DNA from: a virus
Virus record (IMG/VR): IMGVR_UViG_3300029243_000160
Coordinates: 64,001-128,000 of that record
DNA: 64,000 nucleotides
Reading direction: 5' to 3' (one strand)
The translations under genes were made by a program, and so were the position numbers. Positions 26,780 through 35,894 of this stretch are shown here, piece after piece; position 1 is the stretch's first letter; each line of letters opens with the position of its first letter. The notes under the pieces are model-generated. The model was not told the DNA's origin and did no database searches. It saw only the letters and a program-made list of their open reading frames with translations.

Positions 26780-29620
26780 ATGGCGAATCAAGTGAGACCT
26801 GCTTCCGAAGAGGACAAGAACAAACTGAAAGAAGCGTTCACAAAGCTATGGAACGCACTTCGCTCTATCTTCAATAAGAGAAGTGTTGTGGAGCGAATGG
26901 AAAAAATGCAACAGGAAATGGACTATATGCTGGCTCAGAACGGCATGACCGAAGATGCAGTGAAGGAACTGACAGAAACATTCAATACAATGTCTGGTCG
27001 CCTGCATACGCTTACTCCGGAAAATGTCGATGCGTTTGTAGACGAGTTGCAGCAGTCTATCAGAATTGTTGCTGAAAGGAATGAAGAATCTTATACTTCT
27101 CCGGAATTTTCAGATGATTTTATCAAAAAAATCGCATATTATGTCAAGGCTGACCCCAGCGAAGCTTTTGCTGAGGACTTGATGAAGAACGCACAGGTTG
27201 TCAAGATTGATGGCGACAACGAAAATGCCATCTTATCATACAAAGGACACTGCATGATGGCGAGACTTGATGAAAGACAAAAGCAAATCGTTCTGATAAT
27301 GAGTGCTATCCCACCGGAACAATCTGTTTTCACTGAAAACGGAGAACTTGCACAAGGATATTCTTTTGCGGAAATTCCAGAAGATATGCAGGGAAATGCA
27401 AAGCTTGTTTTGCTAAATGCACTTTGCGAACAAAGCGATAAAACTTTTGTGTACGACAAAGAAAAGGAACAACGCCGGATTCTTGAAGAAGCAAAGAAAA
27501 AAGTTTCTCCGCAGGCAAGATTCCTTGGTGAACGGTACGAAACTGCTGTACAGGAATCAGACAATCTGGAGAGTATTTATAAGCGTGATGATGCAACTTT
27601 CCGGATTCGTGACAAAGCAACTGGCGAAATGCTCCGTATCAAGTCTGACAAAGACAAAATGCAGGTATTCCTTTCTCAGGACACCCAGAGTTTCGATGTG
27701 CCAAAAGGCAGTAAAGAAATTCTGCTTGGACAGTGGGAACAGAAAGAAAAAGGAATCCTTGCAGGCAAATTCCGTCTTTCTCTTGGCAGTGACAACGTAA
27801 CATCTATGCTCCGAAGTGACGCTGTTCAGAAATGGTTTGAAATGAACGGTATCTCTCTGGAAGCACAAAACCAGTCCTTCCACCACAGAACAGACAGCAA
27901 GGCAACATGGAGCAAAGTAGACGAAGCGAAAATGTCCAACGTAATTGCTCTTCAAGAATCGTGTGCAAGGTCGATTGCTAAAAATCACCCTGATGAAAAG
28001 ATTATCGCTTCGGTTTACGAAACAACTCCGAAGAAGAAAAACCACAACAAAACATACACATTCCTGAATGTCGTGAAAGATGAAGGGAAAGGTGAAGAAA
28101 ACCCGAAGCTTTCTATCTCCTTCAATTCAGACGGCACACCGCTGACAATCAATTACAACAATCAGTTCGCATACAATATCGCAGCTCGTACTACTTCTGA
28201 GAACTATCATACGATTCTGTGGAACGACCCTGCATTCCGTGAATTGTACAATATTGCTGTTGACGCTTTACAGGAACAGGGCTTGGACAGAGGCATCTTG
28301 AAGTTCGGCGATGTTCCTTACGAGAAACAGGAAACTGCAAAGCCAGAATCTTCTTACACAGCAATCTACACTGCTGTTCCGCTTGAAGAACGTGGCTTGA
28401 CCAAACAGGATATGGATTCTTGGATTCCATTACATGAAAAAAATGATGCAAAAATCATCAACCAGCTTGCTCTGAGTGCAATTCGGAACGGAAGCATTTC
28501 CATGAAGGAAATCAAGCAAGAAACCAAAGGACACACTATCAAGACAAAGCAGGCATTGGACACTTTAGTGAAATTGGGAGTGGTTTCTGAAAGTTTGAAA
28601 CATGAAAGTCTGATGTCCGAAGAAGACTATGCAAAGGCAATCAGTGACCTTGCCAGAAATCCGCAGGCAAGAGCAGAATTTGCATCGCTTTCCAATTCTG
28701 ATGCTGAACAGAACAATTTCACAACCTATCTGACTGATTCCTATGAAGATGCTTGTCAGTATGACTGGAATCCGTATCTTGTTCTGAATAAAACAGAATA
28801 CGGTCTGGCTGATGTTGTCATGTCTGCCATCGAAACCAGACTGAACAACGGACACGACAGCATCGACTTGGCAAAGCTCCAGAGATTGACCGGAAAATCA
28901 TCACAAGAGGCAAGCAATATTATGGTTGAGCTGGAACGCATGGGTATTGTGGAAGGCGAAAACGATAAAAAGATTCTCGTTTCCAGTGATGATATTGCTC
29001 ATCTGAAAGAAGTTGCTCTCCAGCATGAAATGTCTCACGATATGGGTACACTGGAGTATGCAGAAGCAATCACTGAACTGGTTATGGAAACTATTGAAAA
29101 AGGCAGCATTTCCGTTGATGACATAATCATAAATCCTTCGATGGCTGAAAAGAATGTTAATGCAAGCAGTGCAATTCACACGCTGGAAGAACTCGGCGTA
29201 ATTTCCGGCGATGATGCTCATACCTGCCTTGTTACACAGGAAGAATACGCTCAGAAGTTCAAGGAAGGCAATTCTGATGCCTTCACAAATCTGCTTGCTA
29301 TCAGCTACGCAGAGTACACACGAGAAGAAAAGGCAGACCGTGACGAATCTATCCCTGAAAAAACAGACAGCAAGGAAGAAATTTCTTCTCCGACTGAGCC
29401 TGAACATGATGAAATTCCGGAAATGCCACCGTTCGATGAACACGACCCCTATGAAGATTATCCGGAGCAGGAAGATGCTGCGTTCGACCCGAACTATCCG
29501 TCAGATGAACTGCCAGAAGACCCTTATAGTGACGTAGAGGACAACTTCCAATTTGAAAATATGCCTGAACCGCCGGAAGAACCAGATATGAATAACGACC
29601 TTGACATGAGCTTAGACTGA
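26780..29620 (+). CDS. large protein with three FtsK-gamma-like wHTH repeats and acidic P/E/D tail
   Basis: ATG 26780 with AGAAAGGAAAA RBS. Repeats end in ALDTLVKLGVVSE, IMVELERMGIVEGE and AIHTLEELGVISGD. Confidence 0.75.
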   Translation: MANQVRPASEEDKNKLKEAFTKLWNALRSIFNKRSVVERMEKMQQEMDYMLAQNGMTEDAVKELTETFNTMSGRLHTLTPENVDAFVDELQQSIRIVAERNEESYTSPEFSDDFIKKIAYYVKADPSEAFAEDLMKNAQVVKIDGDNENAILSYKGHCMMARLDERQKQIVLIMSAIPPEQSVFTENGELAQGYSFAEIPEDMQGNAKLVLLNALCEQSDKTFVYDKEKEQRRILEEAKKKVSPQARFLGERYETAVQESDNLESIYKRDDATFRIRDKATGEMLRIKSDKDKMQVFLSQDTQSFDVPKGSKEILLGQWEQKEKGILAGKFRLSLGSDNVTSMLRSDAVQKWFEMNGISLEAQNQSFHHRTDSKATWSKVDEAKMSNVIALQESCARSIAKNHPDEKIIASVYETTPKKKNHNKTYTFLNVVKDEGKGEENPKLSISFNSDGTPLTINYNNQFAYNIAARTTSENYHTILWNDPAFRELYNIAVDALQEQGLDRGILKFGDVPYEKQETAKPESSYTAIYTAVPLEERGLTKQDMDSWIPLHEKNDAKIINQLALSAIRNGSISMKEIKQETKGHTIKTKQALDTLVKLGVVSESLKHESLMSEEDYAKAISDLARNPQARAEFASLSNSDAEQNNFTTYLTDSYEDACQYDWNPYLVLNKTEYGLADVVMSAIETRLNNGHDSIDLAKLQRLTGKSSQEASNIMVELERMGIVEGENDKKILVSSDDIAHLKEVALQHEMSHDMGTLEYAEAITELVMETIEKGSISVDDIIINPSMAEKNVNASSAIHTLEELGVISGDDAHTCLVTQEEYAQKFKEGNSDAFTNLLAISYAEYTREEKADRDESIPEKTDSKEEISSPTEPEHDEIPEMPPFDEHDPYEDYPEQEDAAFDPNYPSDELPEDPYSDVEDNFQFENMPEPPEEPDMNNDLDMSLD

Positions 29621-29634
29621 GAAAGGAGCATTGC

Positions 29635-31437
29635 ATGGCAAAACTTACACTCGATGAAATGCTTGACGATGTGAAAGCGAGAGAAGCTATCACAGAAGAA
29701 GCACAAGAAACCACAGAAATGATTCACAATGCTACAGAAAAACTGATTGATGCAGCTGTGTCTGGAAAAGTGACGATTCTCTCTGACTACGATGCAGACG
29801 GTATTTGCTCTGCATACATTCTGGAACACACCGTCAAGGCGATTGCTCCGGACTGCGATGTAGATGTGCAGCTGAATGACAGGCGTGGTTCTTACGGCTT
29901 GTCTCCAGATTTACAGGGTGAAGATGACCGTCATTATATCATCTCTGATATGGGAAGCAATCAGCTTCCCTTTGCCAGAGAACAGCTCGGTGATGATGTT
30001 ATTATCATCGACCATCATCTAATTGAAGACGATGCAATCCGCAATGCTTTTGTGGACAACACTGACAATAACAAAGGACTTCTGAATCCCCATGCCCTGC
30101 ATGAAAACGATGAAATGAATGCACAATATTGTGCAACCGGACTTGCGTATCGTGTTTTTCAAGAAATGCCTGCTCTGGCACAGAACAAATCCATTCAACC
30201 GCAAATTACAGAAAAGCTGGAAAACACGATGGCTGTCATGGCTGCTATCGGTACAGCCACGGATATGGTTGATGTGTTGGACACACACAGCAACAATCGT
30301 GAAATCCTCAAAGACGGACTACGCAGAATCGACAACGCAGATGAAAAGAATCTGGATTTTGTAATCGGCAATATGCTTGCACGAAACAATATTCCGGACG
30401 GTGTGACTGCACACCAGTTGGCATTCAATGTTGGTGCGTTCTTAAATTCCGCATCACGCATGAGTGAAATTGCTGGCGAGAATGGTGCAGCAAGAATGTA
30501 CAAAGCTATCACTGGCGATGAATCGTCAGCAAAAACCTATCGGGAGCTTGATTTCTTGCAGGAACAAAACACACAGCGTAAAGCTCTGATTGGAGAACTG
30601 ACGACCTCGGACGAATACAAGGCGTTTGTGCAGGAACAACGCTACGGCAATGACAAGGACAACAACATTGCTGTCTATCAGCTTCCGGATAACGTGCCTC
30701 ACGCATTTGCCGGACTGGTTGCAGGAAAACTTGCCGAAGCAACGGACAAAGCAATTCTGTGCGTGACCTACGAAGATAAAACGCAGTCTTACTCCGGCAG
30801 TGGCAGAAATACTGCAAACAACGAAACCAGTCTGAAAGCGTTTGTGGATTCCATTGTTGCCAGAGAAGCAGAAGCGTTCGGAGACCAGCAGCTTCAAATG
30901 ACCTATGGTGGACACAGCGATGCAATCGGCATTTCTGCTCTGAATGACATCACACGTCTGGAGCAGTTGGTTGATAAGTTTCAGGACGATATGAAACAAA
31001 AGCCACTGGAAGACCGGACATATCTTGACATGAAGCTCAGTGATATTTCCTCGCAGGAAACACTTGCAAAAGTAATGGCTCTTGAACCGACTGGTACTGG
31101 ACTGCAACTGCCGTCTGTTGTTGTGGAAGGCAAGGAAAATAATCGTAACCAGCTCTATAAAAGACAACGACCGGATTGGAAATCTGTTCGTATTGTCGAT
31201 GATGAAACCAAAGAAAAATTCGATATTGCAGACTGGGCATATAACGAAAAATCTTATCCGCAGTTTGAGGGCAACAGAATCGCTCTGGTAGCAGAACTTG
31301 GTATCAGCGATTACAAGGGAATCCATGTAGAGCTGACAGCAAAAACTGACCGTGCTTTTTCTGCGGAACTTGAAAAAACACATTTTCAGGAAAAGAATCA
31401 TTCGACACCTGAAAAAGATACATCAAGCGAACGGTGA
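29635..31437 (+). CDS. RecJ-like DHH-family phosphoesterase/exonuclease
   Basis: ILSDYDADGICSA, IIIDHH and MTYGGHSDAIG (DHHA1 GGH) motifs; RBS GAAAGGAG. Confidence 0.8.
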   Translation: MAKLTLDEMLDDVKAREAITEEAQETTEMIHNATEKLIDAAVSGKVTILSDYDADGICSAYILEHTVKAIAPDCDVDVQLNDRRGSYGLSPDLQGEDDRHYIISDMGSNQLPFAREQLGDDVIIIDHHLIEDDAIRNAFVDNTDNNKGLLNPHALHENDEMNAQYCATGLAYRVFQEMPALAQNKSIQPQITEKLENTMAVMAAIGTATDMVDVLDTHSNNREILKDGLRRIDNADEKNLDFVIGNMLARNNIPDGVTAHQLAFNVGAFLNSASRMSEIAGENGAARMYKAITGDESSAKTYRELDFLQEQNTQRKALIGELTTSDEYKAFVQEQRYGNDKDNNIAVYQLPDNVPHAFAGLVAGKLAEATDKAILCVTYEDKTQSYSGSGRNTANNETSLKAFVDSIVAREAEAFGDQQLQMTYGGHSDAIGISALNDITRLEQLVDKFQDDMKQKPLEDRTYLDMKLSDISSQETLAKVMALEPTGTGLQLPSVVVEGKENNRNQLYKRQRPDWKSVRIVDDETKEKFDIADWAYNEKSYPQFEGNRIALVAELGISDYKGIHVELTAKTDRAFSAELEKTHFQEKNHSTPEKDTSSER

Positions 31438-31447
31438 GTGACAAAAG

Positions 31448-32194
31448 ATGAATCGAATCACATATATTTCTGAAAACACAAGGCAACTGATGCAGGGAAG
31501 TACAGAAGTGCAAGAGCTTGCCAGTATTGCATACCGCACAGCTGTTTCTTTAGAAGAGAAACTGCATCGTTTTTCTCTCCTGACAAGTTCTATTGAGCAA
31601 AACGGCATCTGCGTTTCTGTTGAAGAATCTGAAAAGCTTGACTGCTACAATACGTCTATCAGATTAAAGCATCATTCTGATTCCCTGACACTCGGAATTG
31701 CATCTGACGGAGCAATTTTTATGTTAATCGCTTCCACATGGGACTACTCCGGTGATACGCCAAAGCTTCACTTGTTTCATCTGGACGAGATGCTGACATC
31801 TTCTCTCAGCAATGAACTGAAAGCTGTTGCTCGTGTTGTCATTTATATTGGACTGATGGACGAATACCTTGCGGATTTTCTGGACAGCGTTGATGACATT
31901 CTGACCAAAGAAAAACTATCGGCAGAAATCGAAACTGTTGATGGTCGCACACAGGCAATTCTTGCCGATACAGAAAGCACAGAAGACGAACTTTCTGTTT
32001 CTCTCGGCTTTTCAGAGCAGGGGATTCCATATGCCGTTGCAACAAACTACCAGCTGAACAAAGACTGCAAGCCATGCCAGACAGCCGAACTTCCGGCAAA
32101 CGTGTTTCTATGCTTTCCAGATGACTTGCACAAGTATCTGTCAAATGAAGCTGTAAAGCGTATTGTTGCTCAGTACATGAATTGGAACGTATAG
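31448..32194 (+). CDS. hypothetical protein (248 aa); last gene of the plus-strand block
   Basis: ORF track; no motif recognised. Confidence 0.6.
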   Translation: MNRITYISENTRQLMQGSTEVQELASIAYRTAVSLEEKLHRFSLLTSSIEQNGICVSVEESEKLDCYNTSIRLKHHSDSLTLGIASDGAIFMLIASTWDYSGDTPKLHLFHLDEMLTSSLSNELKAVARVVIYIGLMDEYLADFLDSVDDILTKEKLSAEIETVDGRTQAILADTESTEDELSVSLGFSEQGIPYAVATNYQLNKDCKPCQTAELPANVFLCFPDDLHKYLSNEAVKRIVAQYMNWNV

Positions 32195-32355
32195 TACACG
32201 CAGATATGCCTGTACGCTTGCTCTGATGCCTGCATGGTGATTCATAAGTAACTTATACCCCTTAAATTGAAACGCCTTAGAACGGCTCTGGGATAGCTTA
32301 GAATTGATTCAATAAAATCGGTACAAAATAGCACCGTAGTAATCAAACGACAGCG

Positions 32356-32384
32356 TTGACGTTCACGCACCGTTCTCTTATAAG
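32356..32384 (+). promoter_or_regulatory. candidate promoter TTGACG-17-TATAAG
   Basis: Read directly. It points into repeat S1 and the terminator at 32450-32486. Confidence 0.4.
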
Positions 32385-32393
32385 AAAAGATTC

Positions 32394-32437
32394 CTATAGG
32401 TATACCTCGCTATACCTGTACTCATACTTACAATCAC
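32394..32437. repeat. repeat S1 (CTATAGGTATACCTCGCTATACCTGTA..CTCATACTTACAATCAC); partner S2 at 57569-57621
   Basis: 24/27 identity in the first block with S2 and a shared CTCATACT..ACA..ATCAC tail, in the same orientation. Contains the palindrome AGGTATACCT and a TATACCT tandem. Confidence 0.6.
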
Positions 32438-32449
32438 ATAGTATAAAGA

Positions 32450-32486
32450 AAGCAGCCGAATTGCATTGTTCGACTGCTTCTTTTTG
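32450..32486 (+). terminator. rho-independent terminator
   Basis: AAGCAGCCG...CGACTGCTT stem (one mismatch) followed by TTTTT. Confidence 0.55.
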
Positions 32487-32502
32487 CCTCATATTTTGTT
32501 CT

Positions 32503-32771
32503 CAGTGTTAAACTTCAAAAATTGGTGTTAAGTTGGTGTTAAATTTTGGCTGTGCGATTGTTCCAGCCCTTGATTTTACTAACTTTCACTGTTCAAACTT
32601 TTCATTGTCGGGAATAATAAAACATATAAAATGAATCTTTTTCAAATGTCTTCATATCCCTACAAGCCTGTATTTTCACAAGTTTGAGCAAAATTTCGCA
32701 TTATGGGGAAATCACATATCTCTACTTAACTGTGCTTAACTTTTGGTAAGCTGTTGTTAAACGATTGTTAA
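32503..32771. repeat. cluster of TGTTAA-type short repeats (candidate integrase arm-type sites)
   Basis: TTGGTGTTAA x2 in tandem (32522-32531, 32533-32542); GTGTTAAAC (32505); inverted CTTAAC x2 (32725, 32735); TTGTTAA x2 (32754, 32765). The cluster ends 15 bp from the int stop. Confidence 0.5.
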
Positions 32772-32786
32772 GTCTCGCATTGTCGG

Positions 32787-34070
32787 CTATCGTTTTCTTG
32801 CACCTAATGGATTGCAAACATACTTACGTTCTCCGGACTGTTTTTCTTTCAGTCCATCGAAGTATTCGCCGAGTGATTTCATTTCCATTTGTTTCAGTTC
32901 TTTGGTTGCGTCTGCATAGATGTTCATGGTTGTCTCTGCATCTGCGTGACCCAAGATTTCCTGCATCGCTTTGATGTTGACACCAGCTTCGCACATTCGT
33001 GTTGTGAACGTATGTCTGAGATAGTGACAGCTGAATGGTGGAAGCGTAAGCCCCATCTTGTCAAGCTGTTTGAAGTTGCAATCTCGGATAATTCTTTTCA
33101 GTGCTTTGTTGAGTGTTCCCTGATGCTGAACATTCCCAAAACGATTGATAAAAATAAAATCTGTATAGCCGTCAATCTTTGACTTGCATACCAAATTATT
33201 TTCTTTTTGATACTGTCGTTCCATTCGGAACATTTCCTTGACAATCGGCAACATCGGAATGGTTCTTTCCCCTGCCTTTGTCTTCGGAAGGTTTACTGCG
33301 AAACCACAGGTTTCTTCTCCCGCACGTCTTCTGTCGAAGTACACCAGCGTGTGATTGACGCTGATTGCTTCGTTCTCCATGTCGAGGTCGCACCAGCGTA
33401 AACCTGTTACTTCTCCGACACGCATTCCGGTGTAAAGCATTACCATAAAAATCGGTTGCCAATGCTGATACTCTGGAGTAAGTGCCAGATAATTTTCAAA
33501 AACTTCCTGCTCTTTCACGGTTAAAGCTCTTCTTTTCATAATATCACGTTCCCTTGCTTTTTTCAATTCTTTCAATGCTCCGTCTGACGGATTGAACCTC
33601 ATGTATTCGTCTTCTACACCAAGTTCCAGAACCTGATGCAGGACTGTGTGTACACTGTCCACCGTACTGACTTTCAAGCTTCTTGTTTCTGCAAGGTAGT
33701 TGTAAAAAGCTCTGACATCTGACTTTCGCAGGTCGTCAATTTTTGTGTTTCCGAAGTCTGGTTCAACAAACTGTTCGTACATATAGCAATAGTTCGTGAA
33801 GGTGTTGACTTTCAATCCACGCTTCACCTGTTTCCATCTGCAATATAAATCGTTGATAGTCATATTCTTGCTATCCGGATTTATGCCGTCCAGCATATCC
33901 CTCAGAACATCGGTTTCTTTCTCTCGCAAATCTTCAAGCGTCTTTCCATACACTGTTCTTCGCCTGCCTGTTTTATCACGCCAGCGAAATTCATATGTGC
34001 CGTTTGGACGCTCGTATTCTCCTTCTTTGAGAACACGTCTTTTGCTGTCTTTTCTTCTCTCTACTGCCAT
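32787..34070 (-). CDS. int: tyrosine recombinase / integrase, Tn916-Int-like
   Basis: N-terminal arm-binding-type segment RVLKEGEYERPNGTYEFRWRDKTGRRRTVYGKTLEDLREKE. C-terminal catalytic boxes HYLRHTFTTRM and LGHADAETTMNIYAD. RBS AAGGAGAAAG. Confidence 0.9.
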   Translation of the reverse strand: MAVERRKDSKRRVLKEGEYERPNGTYEFRWRDKTGRRRTVYGKTLEDLREKETDVLRDMLDGINPDSKNMTINDLYCRWKQVKRGLKVNTFTNYCYMYEQFVEPDFGNTKIDDLRKSDVRAFYNYLAETRSLKVSTVDSVHTVLHQVLELGVEDEYMRFNPSDGALKELKKARERDIMKRRALTVKEQEVFENYLALTPEYQHWQPIFMVMLYTGMRVGEVTGLRWCDLDMENEAISVNHTLVYFDRRRAGEETCGFAVNLPKTKAGERTIPMLPIVKEMFRMERQYQKENNLVCKSKIDGYTDFIFINRFGNVQHQGTLNKALKRIIRDCNFKQLDKMGLTLPPFSCHYLRHTFTTRMCEAGVNIKAMQEILGHADAETTMNIYADATKELKQMEMKSLGEYFDGLKEKQSGERKYVCNPLGARKR

Positions 34071-34192
34071 TTTTTCTTTCTCCTTATTGACAATGAGAGA
34101 ACAAAATATGAGCTGTTATCCGAGATGTCTCTGTTCTCTGATAACAAGTAAATCATACCATATTTTGCTCCATATGTCTATGCAACTCTTTG

Positions 34193-34390
34193 TTAAATCG
34201 AATACGCTTTCGCAAGGTATTCGTCCAGCTTCTTTCGCTTTATCAGACGTTTGCTTCCGTTCCAAAGTACAAAAGAGCAGTTATCATCATTTGACATTTC
34301 CCTCAGTTTGTTGATGCCGATACCGCAATATGCACTCGCCTCTTCCAGTGTCAGATTTGTTTTTTCCCATAGTGGAATTTGAATTGCCAT
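34193..34390 (-). CDS. xis: excisionase-family HTH protein
   Basis: 65 aa. LTLEEASAYCGIGINKLREM HTH. Lies directly upstream of int. RBS AGAAAGGAG. Confidence 0.8.
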   Translation of the reverse strand: MAIQIPLWEKTNLTLEEASAYCGIGINKLREMSNDDNCSFVLWNGSKRLIKRKKLDEYLAKAYSI

Positions 34391-34408
34391 AGCAAGTCTC
34401 CTTTCTAT

Positions 34409-34470
34409 TTACTCTGTATTATATCCGTTATTTTCATTTACAATATATCAATTTCCCGAAGCACTGTCAA
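34409..34470 (-). promoter_or_regulatory. xis/int promoter (TTGACA-17-TATATT) with ATAACGGATAT motif downstream of the TSS
   Basis: -35 at 34465-34470, -10 at 34442-34447, motif at 34409-34431 abutting the RBS. Confidence 0.65.
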
Positions 34471-34543
34471 GAAGTAATTTACATAAGTCTTTATAACAGA
34501 AAAAATCCCCCGAAACGAACAGTTCCGAAGGCTTATGTGACTG

Positions 34544-34579
34544 CAAAAAAATAAAACCGCTGCCAGCGAGACAACGGTT
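34544..34579 (-). terminator. rho-independent terminator
   Basis: Minus-strand AACCGTTGTC-TCGCT-GGCAGCGGTT followed by TTATTTTTTT. Confidence 0.6.
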
Positions 34580-34647
34580 CTACTTCTTACAAATATAACG
34601 ATGAATAGCACACAAGAGGTGATTAACTTGTATACTTCCATGTTTGT

Positions 34648-34676
34648 ATTATACCACTTTTGCGAACACAAGTCAA
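34648..34676 (-). promoter_or_regulatory. promoter TTGACT-17-TATAAT (drives a ~100-nt unit ending at the 34544-34579 terminator)
   Basis: Read directly. The GTACACTACTGTGC block of the promoter cassette sits just upstream of the -35 here (34677-34690). Confidence 0.55.
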
Positions 34677-34748
34677 GCACAGTAGTGTACATTCTACCTT
34701 TTGCACAAAATGACGACTTTCTTTTTCATCTTTCTTACAAGTGTTGCA

Positions 34749-34949
34749 TTAAAGATAAATCTCAGAATCAATAATATAACCACATTTACATTTTACAACG
34801 GTTCTGTTATCTTCCAAAATCACTTTCGGGGTCATATTGCACTTCGGACACGTTGTCGTTACATATCCGTTTTTCTTCATCTCCGCTACAGCTTGATTTG
34901 CAAGCATAATGGGTTCTGTTAAATTCTGTTTCTTCATCTGAGTATCCAT
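34749..34949 (-). CDS. small zinc-ribbon protein (66 aa)
   Basis: Strong RBS GAAAGGAG 6 nt before ATG 34949. Motif CPKC...CKC. Overlaps the 3' 143 nt of the upstream ORF in another frame. Confidence 0.55.
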   Translation of the reverse strand: MDTQMKKQNLTEPIMLANQAVAEMKKNGYVTTTCPKCNMTPKVILEDNRTVVKCKCGYIIDSEIYL

Positions 34950-35892
34950 AAAGAACTCCTTTCATAAAACTATCTGTTTCTTTATCTGTTTCCAAAATAT
35001 TTCCGCTTTCTCTTGCTCTCTCTTTTGCATCATTGATAAGGTCTGCACGTTCTTGTTGGGAAAGGTTTGGAGCGTTTTTTGCTGCGGTAATACTTGCCCT
35101 GCACTCATCTGCCCACTGGGGCGTAGTTCTGTCTGCATCTTCCTTTCCCAAATCTGCTAAATATTCATTTCTAAACACTCGATGACCATAATATTCATGA
35201 GCAAGAACAGCAGCTACACTCATTACATCTCTTGGGTGTGTTGAACCGTGGTCATTATCTGGGAAAACATTTCTTGTCACATATATTTTATCCTGAACAC
35301 AATTGTAACAGGTGCTTCTATCCATATGTGCTTCATCATTAAAGATGAATACAGATTCATCAGCTCCAATTCTTCTTATTTCTAATTTTACAAAATCAAT
35401 TTCTTCATTTGTCAATGGCTCTCTTGACAAATTACGCATTCCAGATGACATTAGTTTGTCATCTGAATGAAAATGTTCAAATAGCTTTTCTTCATTTTTC
35501 ACACGCCAACTTTGGAAGGGAGCTTTTTTTCGTGGAGCGTTTTTTTCTCCAGATTTTATTTTCCGCTTGACTGGCTCACTACCCTGAATTTTCTTCATCA
35601 TATCATATTGTTTCCCAATATTTGTGACATCAAATCTGCTTACACATTGAGCAAACCACGGAAATTCGTCTGTCAACTTTTCAACAAAGCGTTCTACCTG
35701 CGTTTTACTCATTGGCTTATCAGAAGAATAACCAGACAATTGCCTGTGTGAAAATCCGTTTTCTTTCATGAAAGTTTTTATTTCTTTGTAAGCTTTCAAA
35801 TATTCCAACGGATTGTTTGTGGTGCAATAAACTTCTTTCAGCTTTTTTGTATCGAGGTCGAAGTTAATAGCCTTTCTCATTTTACCTACCAT
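34807..35892 (-). CDS. VapD (Cas2-fold endoribonuclease)-like domain fused to an HExxH zincin-like domain
   Basis: N-terminus RKAINFDLDTKKLKEVY..AYKEIKTFMKENGFSHRQLSGY...FPWFAQCVSRFDVTNIGKQYD aligns by eye with VapD (YAxAFDL..L...Y..AY..GF..QGSxY..W....V......F). C-terminal domain has AAVLAHEYYGHRVFRNE. Start is ATG 35892 or 35880. Confidence 0.7.
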   Translation of the reverse strand: MVGKMRKAINFDLDTKKLKEVYCTTNNPLEYLKAYKEIKTFMKENGFSHRQLSGYSSDKPMSKTQVERFVEKLTDEFPWFAQCVSRFDVTNIGKQYDMMKKIQGSEPVKRKIKSGEKNAPRKKAPFQSWRVKNEEKLFEHFHSDDKLMSSGMRNLSREPLTNEEIDFVKLEIRRIGADESVFIFNDEAHMDRSTCYNCVQDKIYVTRNVFPDNDHGSTHPRDVMSVAAVLAHEYYGHRVFRNEYLADLGKEDADRTTPQWADECRASITAAKNAPNLSQQERADLINDAKERARESGNILETDKETDSFMKGVLYGYSDEETEFNRTHYACKSSCSGDEEKRICNDNVSEVQYDPESDFGR

Positions 35893-35894
35893 GA

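Noticed and set aside
30526-31401. 291-aa minus-strand ORF
   Set aside because: It is antisense to the RecJ-like gene (DHH/DHHA1 motifs on the plus strand).
34438-34692. 84-aa ORF, and within it a leaderless hydrophobic peptide considered as a type I toxin
   Set aside because: It spans two promoters and a terminator and has no RBS. I treated the locus as a possible small RNA unit instead.
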